Positions 18,959 through 27,853 of a DNA stretch of 64,000 bases are shown piece by piece. The translations under genes and the position numbers were made by a program. The first letter of the stretch is position 1. Every line of letters begins with the position of its first letter. Location: the NCBI GenBank assembly GCA_001799675.1, contig MGTX01000001.1:1602-65601 (forward strand), read 5' to 3'. The DNA is from Elusimicrobia bacterium GWA2_66_18. GTDB lineage: Bacteria; Elusimicrobiota; Elusimicrobia; UBA1565; UBA9628. Under the pieces are notes generated by a model. It ran no database searches, had not been told where the DNA came from, and saw only the letters and a program-made list of their open reading frames with translations.

Positions 18959-19129
18959 CGTAGGGTAGCATCCTATCTGCGCTACAGGCCGGGTTTGGAT
19001 CAGGGGTTGGTGATCCAAGGGCACGGTTTGGGTCGTCGGTGCCGATAGGCGATAACGGCAAACTTGGCGCAAGCCAGGGGCGCAAAGCCATGACCCCCGG
19101 AGGGCCGGGGGCGTCAGGCTACCGAACAT

Positions 19130-20758
19130 ATGCCCGAAACTAAGGCGGGGGGCTTCGCCCCTGTGCGCGTTGCGCGCGCGTCGGCGCTCGTTGAGGCCGT
19201 CGCGCGCGCGTGTTTTTCTTTGGGGGCCCTTCTGGGGGCCCTCTGCTCACCAGTTTCGGCCCAGAGCGGCGGCCAGCCGGGCCAGTTCCTCAGCTATGGC
19301 GTCGGCGGCCGGGCGTTGGCCATGGGCGGCGCTTATTACGGTATCTCGGACGACGCTTCCGCCGCTTACTGGAACCCGGCCGGCCTGGCCCAGGTCCAGC
19401 GCAAGGAACTGACCACGATGCAGGCCACCCTCTTCCAGCAGACCAAGCTCACCTACTTAAGCTACGCCCACCCCACCAAGGGCGGATCCACCTTCGCCTT
19501 AAGCATGACCCAACTGGCCAACACCGGATTCGAGAAGGTGGACGTGATCTACAACCCGAACACGAACGAGCCCAAGACGGTCACCGCGAACGGATCCTTC
19601 AACGACGCTCAGCAGGCCATGTCCCTATCTTGGGCCAAGGGCGTGACCGAGACCATGCTCTTCGGCATGAGCGTCAAGCAGGTGACGCGCAAGCTGGCTG
19701 GTTCCTCGGACAACTTCAAGTCCCTGGACCTGGGCACGATGAAGACGATGGGGGCCTCCTATCGCCTCGGCCTCGGCATTCAGAACGTGTTCGCCATGCG
19801 CACCGGCGACACCGACGACAAGCTCCCCGTGACGATCAAGCTGGGCAATTCCCTGCGCCTCTTCAAGGAGCGTCTGACTCTCTCCGCCGATATCAATAAG
19901 GTCCTCAACGGCGATGTGGACATGCGCTTCGGCGGCGAGTACTGGATCGCGCGCTGGTTTGCCTTCCGTTTCGGATTGCTCGGCCTGCCCCGGATACAGG
20001 AGACCGACTTCGGCTTCGGGCTGAACTTCAAGAGCTTCAGCCTAGACATCGCGCAGGGCATACATGACCTCGGATCCAGCACGCGATTCTCCCTGTCCAT
20101 CCGCTTCGGCCAGTCGCGCACCGACCGCTCGACCGGCCAGGTCAAGAACTTCATCAAGCAGGGCATGGAGGCGTTCCAGGAAGGCAATTTCGCGCTTGCG
20201 GCGCAGAAGTTCAACCAGGCCCAGGATGCGGCTCCAGGAAATAAGCAGGTCGCGACCATGATCGCGCGCCTAAACAACGTGACGGGCTTTCTTCCCCAGG
20301 CGACCGGCGGCGAGGAGTCCCAGACCTTCGTGCGCAAAGGCGCGATCGCCTACGTGGACGGCCGCGACCTCAAGGTCGCGGTCAACTCCCTGCGTTACGC
20401 CTTCAATAAGAATCCTCGCGACGAGAAGCTCCTGGGCCTGCTGAATATGATCGAGAAGGAGGCCGGCGTGGCCGACGTCACGCGCCGTCTCGAGGGACCG
20501 GAGCAGTTCACCTGGATCGACCAGAAGGTCTTCGACGCTCGCCAGGCGGTCTACGACGGCCACTACGATTCCGCCGTGCGTCGCTCCCAGGACGTCCTGG
20601 ACCTTGAACCCAACAACGTGACCGCTCTTGAGATCATGGGCTCGGCCTTCTTCCTAATGGAGCAGAAGGACAAGGCCATGGCGGTCTGGCGGCGCGTGCT
20701 GGAGCTGGACCCCAGCAATCGCGCGGTGCGCGAGTTCATGCAGTCGGTCAGCCCGTGA
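19130..20758 (+). CDS. FadL/PorV-like outer-membrane beta-barrel domain fused to C-terminal TPR repeats
   Basis: Signal-like ..CFSLGALLGALCSPVSAQS. Hatch motif GGRALAMGGAYYGISDDASAAYWNPAGLA (compare FadL G-RA-SGE-AIADDAS--NPA-L). C-terminal barrel-like ..FSLSIRF. Then TPR-like helices to the end. Confidence 0.55.
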   Translation: MPETKAGGFAPVRVARASALVEAVARACFSLGALLGALCSPVSAQSGGQPGQFLSYGVGGRALAMGGAYYGISDDASAAYWNPAGLAQVQRKELTTMQATLFQQTKLTYLSYAHPTKGGSTFALSMTQLANTGFEKVDVIYNPNTNEPKTVTANGSFNDAQQAMSLSWAKGVTETMLFGMSVKQVTRKLAGSSDNFKSLDLGTMKTMGASYRLGLGIQNVFAMRTGDTDDKLPVTIKLGNSLRLFKERLTLSADINKVLNGDVDMRFGGEYWIARWFAFRFGLLGLPRIQETDFGFGLNFKSFSLDIAQGIHDLGSSTRFSLSIRFGQSRTDRSTGQVKNFIKQGMEAFQEGNFALAAQKFNQAQDAAPGNKQVATMIARLNNVTGFLPQATGGEESQTFVRKGAIAYVDGRDLKVAVNSLRYAFNKNPRDEKLLGLLNMIEKEAGVADVTRRLEGPEQFTWIDQKVFDARQAVYDGHYDSAVRRSQDVLDLEPNNVTALEIMGSAFFLMEQKDKAMAVWRRVLELDPSNRAVREFMQSVSP

Positions 20759-20787
20759 GCCCTCTCTGTCTAGGAGTCTTTCCTGTC

Positions 20788-20817
20788 TTGATTTCGTAAC
20801 AGTCTCCCCCTTACACT
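20788..20817 (+). promoter_or_regulatory. Promoter candidate (TTGATT-N18-TACACT)
   Basis: TTGATT 20788-20793, TACACT 20812-20817. Just upstream of the 20826 start. Confidence 0.3.
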
Positions 20818-20825
20818 TAATAGGA

Positions 20826-22835
20826 ATGCGTGCGTTCACCCTCGTGGCACTGTTCGCATGGCCGCCCTTCATCGGGGCGGCGGTCGCCGGCGTCGTCGCT
20901 CCCGACCTGGGACTGCTCCAAGAGCAGACGCGCATCAAGACGGAGTCGGAGTTGAAGATCCAGCGCGACGTTCTCGACCCCATCCTGGGCAAGGGGAGGA
21001 GCGCCTCCTTCGTGGACGTAGAGATGGAGGTGAAGGTCGAGAGCGAGGAGAAGACGAGTTCGGGCATGGGTCTGGCCGAGAAATACAAGGAGAAGGCCCC
21101 GGCGGTGCGCGGCGGCATGCAGACGACTTTCGTGCTCCCCGGCATCCCGAAGCCTAAGACCATCATCCAGGGTCCGCAGACACCGTTACGGCCGGAGCAG
21201 TCGCAGGCCCAGCAGGCCCAGCTGATCAAGGGTGTCCAGGAGGAGCGCTACGCGCTTAAGCCCGTCTTCAAACGCCTGCAGGTGACCGTGATGCACGATG
21301 ACGGCGTGCTCAAGGAGAAGGCGCAGGTGGAGTTGGTGCGCACGCGCATCGTAGAAGCGATGGGCCAGTACAGATTGACCCCGGACCAGGTCGCCTTCCG
21401 GCCGACCAAGTTCGACAAGCCCCCCCTGATGGACTGGAGGGAGGACTTTAAGAAGCCGTCCGTCTATCTGCCCCTTCTTTATGCTCTGCTGTTCCTTCTT
21501 TTCCTGTCCTTTCTATTCGGCCCGCTGGCTCGATTCTTCCGCCAGTATATTGCCGCCCTTAAAGAAGAGAAGCCTCCGTCCGAGGTCTCCGTCGACTCGG
21601 AGAACGAGGGATTAAACGAGGGGCAGGGAGAAGGCGGTGAGGACCATATATCGAAGGGCGCACTCGACATCATGCTGGGGCGAAAGCCGCCGGAACTGCC
21701 GCCGCCGCCCGAGGAGGATGAAGCCATGAAGAAATTCGAGCCGTTCACCTACATCAACGAGGAGAACTTCAAGCGCCTCGGCAACCTTTTCCTCGTGCGT
21801 CAAGACGAGCCGTGGCTGATCTGTGTGGTGCTGAGCTACCTCAAGCCCGAGCTCGCCCGTGCGACTCTGACCTCCTTGCCCATCGAGCTCCAGGCCAAGG
21901 TCGCCATCGAAGCGCTTAAGCTTCGCCAAGTCACCCGAGAGCAACTCATGGCCATCGACGCCGACATCAAGGAGAGCGTGGACTTCGTCGTGGGCGGCAT
22001 GGAGCGCCTCACCCGGATGCTTGACGAGGCCGACAGCCAGACGCGCTCCAATATTCTCGAATATTTCAAAAATGAAAAGCCCGAGGCGTATCAGCGCGTG
22101 CGCCTGTTTATTCTCATCTTCGAGGATATGGTCTCCTTCCCCGACCGAGACATGCAGACCATCGTGCGCGAGCTTAAGACCGAGACGATGGCCAAGGCCC
22201 TCCAGGGCGCTTCCCCCGATGTGGTCAACAAGTTCGTGAGCAATATGTCGGCGGGCGCCGCCTCCCTTCTCAAAGAATCCATCGAGTACGCTCAGGGCCT
22301 GACTGCGGCCCAAGTCGAGGAGGAGCGCACCAAGATCATGGAGGTCGTGAAGGCGCTCGAGAAGGAAGGTAAGGTCAACGTGCGCCAGAACCGTGCCGAG
22401 GCCTTCTCCGGTTTCCATGAGGAGGTCGCCAGCGAGCGAGGGGAACAATACGCACCCCGCACGCGCGCGGCCGAGCAGGCCGTGGCGCAACTGCTTGGCG
22501 GGCCGACCGCCGGGCCGGCCGCTGGGCCGGCCGCCGCGCCGGCCGCCGCGCCGGTCGCCGCGCCGGCGGTCGTCAACACGGCTCAGGCGCAGCAATATCT
22601 ACAGGCCGGCATTCAGTCCCATGACGCGGGACAGTTCCCGGAGGCCGTTCAATATCTCGAGTACGCTATTTCCCAGGACGCGGCTCTGTGGCAGGCCCGG
22701 CAGTATCTGGGGAACTGCTATGTGCAACTGGGGCGCACGACGGAAGCCATCGCCCAGTTCGAGCAGGTCCTCGCGTTCAATCCTGATCCGGGACTGCGGC
22801 AGTGGGTGGACGGCATGAAGACACAGACGGCTTGA
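20826..22835 (+). CDS. FliF-like (periplasmic ring-building-motif + TM) protein fused to a FliG-like middle/C-terminal torque domain and C-terminal TPRs
   Basis: N-terminal hydrophobic segment. Periplasmic region with a FliF/YscJ-like ..ELKIQRDVLDPILGKGRSASFVDVEMEV... TM helix LPLLYALLFLLFLSFLF. Cytoplasmic FliG signature ..LKTETMAKALQGASPDVVNKFVSNMSAGAASLLKESIEYAQGLTAAQVEEERTKIMEVVKALEKEGKV.. (compare FliG ..ALKG..FLSNMSQRAAEML.DLE.MGPVRLSDVEEAQKKIV..LAEEGKI). Ala/Pro linker, then TPR. Confidence 0.65.
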   Translation: MRAFTLVALFAWPPFIGAAVAGVVAPDLGLLQEQTRIKTESELKIQRDVLDPILGKGRSASFVDVEMEVKVESEEKTSSGMGLAEKYKEKAPAVRGGMQTTFVLPGIPKPKTIIQGPQTPLRPEQSQAQQAQLIKGVQEERYALKPVFKRLQVTVMHDDGVLKEKAQVELVRTRIVEAMGQYRLTPDQVAFRPTKFDKPPLMDWREDFKKPSVYLPLLYALLFLLFLSFLFGPLARFFRQYIAALKEEKPPSEVSVDSENEGLNEGQGEGGEDHISKGALDIMLGRKPPELPPPPEEDEAMKKFEPFTYINEENFKRLGNLFLVRQDEPWLICVVLSYLKPELARATLTSLPIELQAKVAIEALKLRQVTREQLMAIDADIKESVDFVVGGMERLTRMLDEADSQTRSNILEYFKNEKPEAYQRVRLFILIFEDMVSFPDRDMQTIVRELKTETMAKALQGASPDVVNKFVSNMSAGAASLLKESIEYAQGLTAAQVEEERTKIMEVVKALEKEGKVNVRQNRAEAFSGFHEEVASERGEQYAPRTRAAEQAVAQLLGGPTAGPAAGPAAAPAAAPVAAPAVVNTAQAQQYLQAGIQSHDAGQFPEAVQYLEYAISQDAALWQARQYLGNCYVQLGRTTEAIAQFEQVLAFNPDPGLRQWVDGMKTQTA

Positions 22836-22859
22836 CGAGACGACTCAGGAGAGACAACC

Positions 22860-25319
22860 ATGGCGCCTGAAGATCAGATTCCGCCGCCCCTGCCGCCTTC
22901 GGCCGGGCGGCCTCCGGTACCGCCGCCGCTGCCCGGCGCCGTCAAGCTGCCCGTGGCTCCGAAGCTGCCCGGGCGGCCGCCACTGCCCGGGATGGGACAG
23001 ATCGTTCCCCCGCTGCCCGGCGCTCGGGGCGCGCCGCCGCCGGCGCCTCCCTCCGGCTTTGGCGCGCAGGCGCGCGAGGCGGAGAAGGAGTCCGAGTCCA
23101 AGCTTGAGAAGGTCAAGGATGAGTACGAGAAGCGGATGTCCCAGCTGGAGCGGCGCCTTCAGGATGAACGCGAGAAGACGCTTGTCAACCAGATCAAGAG
23201 CCAGGAGGAGCAGGTCACGGCCGCCAAGGTCGAGGTCAGCCTAAAGGAACTTCAGGACCGGCTCCGTCGCGATCGTCGCGATCAGGACCAGGAGGAAGCG
23301 AAGGCCAAGCTCGAGAAGCGCGCCGAGGAGTTGGAGACGCGCCTGGCGCAGGAGCGAGAGACCTGGGTCGTCACCCTCAAGAACCAGCTTGCCGCCCGCG
23401 AGGGGCAGGATAAGGAGGTCGAAGTCCACTTTGCCATGCGCATCCAGGAGATGGAGCGCCGCTGGCTGGAAGAGAAGGCCAATTGGCAGCGGGTCGCCAT
23501 GGCCAAGGACGAGGAGATCCGCACCCTGCGTTCCCTGGCCGAGAAGCTCAAGGGCGCCGACACGGAGCTGTCGAAGATCTCCATGGAAAAGAAGATCCTC
23601 GATGAGAGGGTGACCGAGCTTTCGAAAGATCGAGCCGAGGCCTTGGCGCGCCTGCATAACGCCTCCGAGAGGGAGAATGAGTCCATCCAAATCAAGGCCG
23701 AACTTCTGCTTTCTCGCCAGCAGGCGGCGATGATCCAGGAGAGGCTCGAGCGCGATCTGGCGTCCCTGCGTTCCAGCGCTCGCGAACGCGAGGAGCGTCT
23801 GCTTGCCGACCAGGAGCGCCTCCAGCGCGATCTGGCCACGGTCAAACAGCGCTTCGATGCCGAGAAGGACTCCGAGTTGCGCCGCGTGAAGGTCGAGAAT
23901 GAGGCCGACCTGGCCCGGCACAAGGAGGCAGCGGAGCGCGCCAACGCCGAGCTTCAGCGCCTGCGCGCAGTCTGCGGGGCGCTCGAACAACAGGCCGCGT
24001 CATCCGTCGCCCAAATCAATGAACTTAAGAGTTCATCGGAGGAATTGAATAAGACCCAGGAATACTATAAGGCGGAGTTCGTGGTGCTCCAGCGCAAGTG
24101 GGTGGAGCGCGAGAAGGAGGTTCGTGCCGAGGTCGCGGAGCAGTCCCTTCAAAAGTGCGTCGAGAAGGACGCCGAGTTGCGGCGCGTGAAGATTGAGTAT
24201 GAGGCCGACCTGGCCCGGCACAAGGAGGCAGCGGAGCGCGCCGGCGTCGAGCTTCAGCGCCTGCGCGCAGTCTGCGGGGCGCTCGAACGGCAGGGCGCGT
24301 CCTCCCGCGCCCAACTCGATAAGCTCAAGCGTTCGTCGGCCGAATGGGAGAAGACCCAGGAGCGCTACAAGGCGGAGTTCGTGGTGCTCCAGCGCAAATG
24401 GGTGGAGCGCGAGAAGGAGATCCGCGCCGAGGCCGCGGAGAAGTCCCTGCAGATGCTCGAATCCGAGAAGACCCGGCTCAAGATCATGGCGCAGGCCGAG
24501 ATCAATGCGCGCGCGGCGAAGATCTCCGACCAACTGCGCAAGGAAACCGAATCCGCGAAGAGCCGACTCGAGGGAGATCTGCGCGTGGAGCTCGAAGGCG
24601 AGTTCCAGATCCGGCTCCAGGAACTGAAGGTCGAGAGAGAGGCGGTCCGGACGCAGCTCGAAAATGAAATCTCGCGCCTGCGGCGGGAGTCGGCCCAGAA
24701 GGAGGCGGCTTGGTCCGAAAGACTGCTCGCCAAGGAATCCGAGGTCATCGCCTCCCGGACCTGCGCAGACGAGGCTGCGAGGCGTCTGTCTCTTGAGGAG
24801 GAGTCTCGCCAGGCCGCAGACCGCAGGGCTTTCGAACTCGAAAAGTCGGTCCAGGACGCCCGGGAGCAGGGGACGGTCCTACAGAACTCCCTGCGGGCAT
24901 TGCGGCAGCGACTAGAGGAAGCGGAGGCGGGCACGGGACGTCTCGAGCGCGAGAAGACGGAGTTCGAACGTCTGTTCAGCGCGCAGTCGGCCCAGGCGCA
25001 GTGTGTTCAGGAGTCTCTGGAGCAGGCACGAACCCAGCTGGCGCGCGAGTCGCAAAGCGCCAAGATCGCGCAGAACGCGCTCGACCAAGCGGAGAAATCA
25101 CTTGGCTCCCTACGACAGGAACTGATCCTTAATACGCAGGCGCAGAAAACCGAGTTCGAACGGGCTCTTGCCCAGAAGGATCAAGAGATCTTGCAGCTGA
25201 TCGCGCAGGCGCGGGAGCTCCAACTCGGGCGCGAGCGGCTCGCGGCGGAGGCCGCGGGCAAGGCGCGAGAACAGGCGCAATCGAGCGCCTCGGACCTGCC
25301 GGAGCAGGGGGGCTCATGA
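22860..25319 (+). CDS. Giant coiled-coil protein with N-terminal polyproline (PPLPG x4) region
   Basis: 819 aa. The first ~60 aa are Pro-rich (PPPLPG, KLPG, PPLPG, PPLPG). The rest is E/R/K/L/Q-rich heptad coiled-coil with a 100-aa internal duplication. Confidence 0.6.
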   Translation: MAPEDQIPPPLPPSAGRPPVPPPLPGAVKLPVAPKLPGRPPLPGMGQIVPPLPGARGAPPPAPPSGFGAQAREAEKESESKLEKVKDEYEKRMSQLERRLQDEREKTLVNQIKSQEEQVTAAKVEVSLKELQDRLRRDRRDQDQEEAKAKLEKRAEELETRLAQERETWVVTLKNQLAAREGQDKEVEVHFAMRIQEMERRWLEEKANWQRVAMAKDEEIRTLRSLAEKLKGADTELSKISMEKKILDERVTELSKDRAEALARLHNASERENESIQIKAELLLSRQQAAMIQERLERDLASLRSSAREREERLLADQERLQRDLATVKQRFDAEKDSELRRVKVENEADLARHKEAAERANAELQRLRAVCGALEQQAASSVAQINELKSSSEELNKTQEYYKAEFVVLQRKWVEREKEVRAEVAEQSLQKCVEKDAELRRVKIEYEADLARHKEAAERAGVELQRLRAVCGALERQGASSRAQLDKLKRSSAEWEKTQERYKAEFVVLQRKWVEREKEIRAEAAEKSLQMLESEKTRLKIMAQAEINARAAKISDQLRKETESAKSRLEGDLRVELEGEFQIRLQELKVEREAVRTQLENEISRLRRESAQKEAAWSERLLAKESEVIASRTCADEAARRLSLEEESRQAADRRAFELEKSVQDAREQGTVLQNSLRALRQRLEEAEAGTGRLEREKTEFERLFSAQSAQAQCVQESLEQARTQLARESQSAKIAQNALDQAEKSLGSLRQELILNTQAQKTEFERALAQKDQEILQLIAQARELQLGRERLAAEAAGKAREQAQSSASDLPEQGGS
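23863..24462 (+). repeat. 300-bp tandem duplication (2 copies, ~85% identity) inside the coiled-coil gene
   Basis: The copies start with GAGAAGGAC(T/G)CCGAGTTGCG. Identical 40-50-bp blocks (GAGGCCGACCTGGCCCGGCACAAGGAGGCAGCGGAGCGCGCC; GAGCTTCAGCGCCTGCGCGCAGTCTGCGGGGCGCTCGAAC). They encode DSELRRVKVENEADLARHKEAAERA.. and DAELRRVKIEYEADLARHKEAAERA... Confidence 0.85.
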
Positions 25320-25540
25320 TTACGCTTCATAAGCTGAACGGCGCGGAGATCGTGGTCAACGCGGAGCTCATCGAGACCCTTGAGCCAGGGCCTCAGACCG
25401 TGGTGCATCTTGCGACCGGCAACAAGGTCCTCGTGGCGGAGAAAGCTGACGAGGTCGTGTCGAAAGTGGTGGAATACAGGAAAGCCGTCAACGCGTTGGG
25501 CAAGGCCGTCAACCCGATCGCGGGCTACGAGCGCGGTTAG
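25316..25540 (+). CDS. flbD: Flagellar FlbD-family protein
   Basis: 74 aa. MITLHKLNGAEIVVNAELIETLEPGPQTVVHLATGNKVLVAEKADEVVSKVVEYRK closely matches FlbD (MIKLTKLNG.EF.LN.D.IE.IE..PDTVI.L.NGKKY.V.ES.EEVV.KI.EYR). Overlaps the upstream stop (ATGA). Confidence 0.8.
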   Translation: MITLHKLNGAEIVVNAELIETLEPGPQTVVHLATGNKVLVAEKADEVVSKVVEYRKAVNALGKAVNPIAGYERG

Positions 25541-25560
25541 GCGCAGGAGAAGAACCCCTC

Positions 25561-26370
25561 ATGGACATCGCAACCATCGCCGGCATCTTCGTTTTTCTGG
25601 GGCTGACCGTCGCGTCGATCTACATAGGAGAAGGAGTGGCCGGCTTCAAGCCATTCCTGAACCTGGAGGCCCTGCTCATGGTCATGGGCGGGACCTTGTG
25701 CGCGACTCTGGTCAACTACCCGCTCTCCCAGGTCATCGGCGTGGGCAAGATCATCAAGAAGACCCTCCTGTCCCACGGCGAGGACAACTCGGACATCGTC
25801 GTGACCTTTGTCAACCTTGCGCAGAAGGCCAAGAAGGAGGGCTTTCTGTCCCTGCAGAGCGACATCAAGAACATCAAGAACGACTTCCTGCGCCGCGGCG
25901 TCCAGTTGGTCGTGGACGGCGCCGACCACGAATTCATCCGCAACATGCTCGAGACCGAGATTGGCTTCATCCGCGAGCGCCACAAGGGCGGCCAGGAGAT
26001 ACTCAACGCGATGGGCACCTATTCGCCCGCCTTCGGCATCATCGGCACCGTGCTGGGCATGATCTTGATGCTCTCCTCGATCGATGACGTCGCCGCGGTG
26101 CCGCGCCGCATGGCCCTGGCCCTGGCCGCCGCCTTCTACGGTCTAGGCTCGGGCTACCTCCTGTTCCTGCCGATGGGAGGCAAGCTGCGCCGCCGTTCGG
26201 AGGAGGAACTTCTGATCAAGGAGATCGTCATTCGCGGCGTCCTGCTCCTACAGAGCGGCGCCACGCCTTCGGTCGTGGAGGCGAACCTCAAGGCTTACCT
26301 GGCGCCTTCGGATCGGATCATCTTCAAGGGGGCGATTGCCCCGCCCCCCGCTGGAGGCGGGACCGCCTAA
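25561..26370 (+). CDS. motA: Flagellar stator protein MotA/PomA family
   Basis: Four-TM MotA/TolQ/ExbB topology. ..YSPAFGIIGTVLGMILMLSSIDD.. and ..ALAAAFYGLGSGYLLFLPMGGKL.. are typical MotA TM3/TM4 blocks. Confidence 0.85.
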   Translation: MDIATIAGIFVFLGLTVASIYIGEGVAGFKPFLNLEALLMVMGGTLCATLVNYPLSQVIGVGKIIKKTLLSHGEDNSDIVVTFVNLAQKAKKEGFLSLQSDIKNIKNDFLRRGVQLVVDGADHEFIRNMLETEIGFIRERHKGGQEILNAMGTYSPAFGIIGTVLGMILMLSSIDDVAAVPRRMALALAAAFYGLGSGYLLFLPMGGKLRRRSEEELLIKEIVIRGVLLLQSGATPSVVEANLKAYLAPSDRIIFKGAIAPPPAGGGTA

Positions 26371-26379
26371 GGTCCGCCT

Positions 26380-27123
26380 ATGCCCTTACGCGCTCCGCGG
26401 GGCTTCATCGACGAGTCGGACCCCAAGGTCTGTCAGATCGGCCATCCGGCTCCGCCCTGGCTCGTCAACTACGCCGACCTCATGACGGAGTTGGTCTGCT
26501 TCTTCGTCATCCTCTACGCCCTCTCCGCGGCCCTGAACAAGGACGTTCAAAAAGCCTCGAAGGACGTCAAGGAGATGATGGACAAGGGCGAGCTCAAGGG
26601 CGAGGTTAAGATCGACAAGGACGGCCTGAAGATCAGCATCGAGGAGCAGGGCATGGCCGGCTTTTTCGAGAGCGGCGCGGCGGAGCCGACCAAGGAGATG
26701 GATTCGAAGTTGATCCTGCTGGTTCCCTCCCTGCGCAAGCTGACCGAGGACCACGAACTCCTCGTCGAGGGGCACACGGACAACCAGGGCATCCACAACG
26801 CCTACTTCGACTCCAACTGGGAACTCTCCACCGCGCGCGCCACCAGCGTGGCGCGTCTGCTCATCGAGAAATACGGCATCCCCGGCGGCCACGTCGGCGC
26901 GGTGGGCTATAGCGACACGAGGCCGATCGTCGTCAACGATACGCCGGAAAATCGCACGAGAAACCGCCGCGTGGTCTTCTTCATCAAGAGCGCCTCCATC
27001 GGCAAGAAGGCAGCCGCGACCAAAGGGGGCGAGGGCAAGCCCGGTGCGGCCGCCGCGCCGCCCGCCCCGGCGGCCGGGGTCCCAGTCGAGCCGGCGCCTC
27101 AGGCGGCGCCGAAAAGCGGGTGA
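26380..27123 (+). CDS. motB: Flagellar stator protein MotB (OmpA-like peptidoglycan-binding C-domain)
   Basis: TM with the conserved Asp (WLVNYADLMTELVCFFVILYAL, compare MotB W.VTFADLMTLL..FF..LY). C-terminal OmpA-like ..LLVEGHTDNQG..YFDSNWELSTARATSVARLL..VGYSDTRPI..NRTRNRRVVFFI. Confidence 0.85.
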   Translation: MPLRAPRGFIDESDPKVCQIGHPAPPWLVNYADLMTELVCFFVILYALSAALNKDVQKASKDVKEMMDKGELKGEVKIDKDGLKISIEEQGMAGFFESGAAEPTKEMDSKLILLVPSLRKLTEDHELLVEGHTDNQGIHNAYFDSNWELSTARATSVARLLIEKYGIPGGHVGAVGYSDTRPIVVNDTPENRTRNRRVVFFIKSASIGKKAAATKGGEGKPGAAAAPPAPAAGVPVEPAPQAAPKSG

Positions 27124-27127
27124 TCAA

Positions 27128-27853
27128 ATGATAGAATACATCGTGAGCCGCCGCCTCATCTTTATCGTGATCCTGACAGCGTTTGCGGTCGCCTGCGGGC
27201 CTTCGAACAAGAACGTCGTGGTCGAGGACTTCGCCGAAGGCCGCGTGGTGGACTTGGCCATCACCGAGAAACTCACGGGCAACACGGAGTTCCTCCTTTT
27301 CTCGATGCCCAAGAAGACGCAGTTCCTGGACGGCTATGTCCAGGGCGTGATCACGGACTACAAGGACAACCCCATCCAGGGCGTGGTCGTGCGCGCGGTC
27401 GCCAGCGGCGAGAGTTCGGAGGAGGAGGGGGAGGCTCGTCCTTCCGGGTTTGCGACCAGTTCTTTCGACCCGGGCGTATCCGACACTAACGGCTTCTACC
27501 GCATCCGCTTCAGCCTGCCCATCTTGAGCAGGAAGGTGGATGTCCGCGGGCGCATGCTCTATAACCCGGGCTGGGAGCAGGAACGCGACAACCTGGGCAA
27601 GGCCTACGAGCCCCAGACCAAGCAGAGCCAGTTTCGCCTCTACTACGACCGCAAGAACGGTCGCATCATCTTCTCCGAGGGCGTGCGCAAGACCGTCGTG
27701 GCCGCCGTGACCGCCAAAGGCGTTCCGAAGTCCGTGCCCCTGCCCGGGGTCAAGCCCCCCGAAGAGGCCAAGCCCGCCGTGGACGCCGAGAAGGAGAAGA
27801 CCTCGGGCAAGGGAGACGACGACCTTTTCAAGGGGTTCGGCTTCGGCCAATGA
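27128..27853 (+). CDS. Lipoprotein, hypothetical (last gene of the mot-like cluster)
   Basis: Lipobox-like ..ILTAFAVACGPS. No family recognised. Starts 4 nt after the motB stop. Confidence 0.5.
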   Translation: MIEYIVSRRLIFIVILTAFAVACGPSNKNVVVEDFAEGRVVDLAITEKLTGNTEFLLFSMPKKTQFLDGYVQGVITDYKDNPIQGVVVRAVASGESSEEEGEARPSGFATSSFDPGVSDTNGFYRIRFSLPILSRKVDVRGRMLYNPGWEQERDNLGKAYEPQTKQSQFRLYYDRKNGRIIFSEGVRKTVVAAVTAKGVPKSVPLPGVKPPEEAKPAVDAEKEKTSGKGDDDLFKGFGFGQ

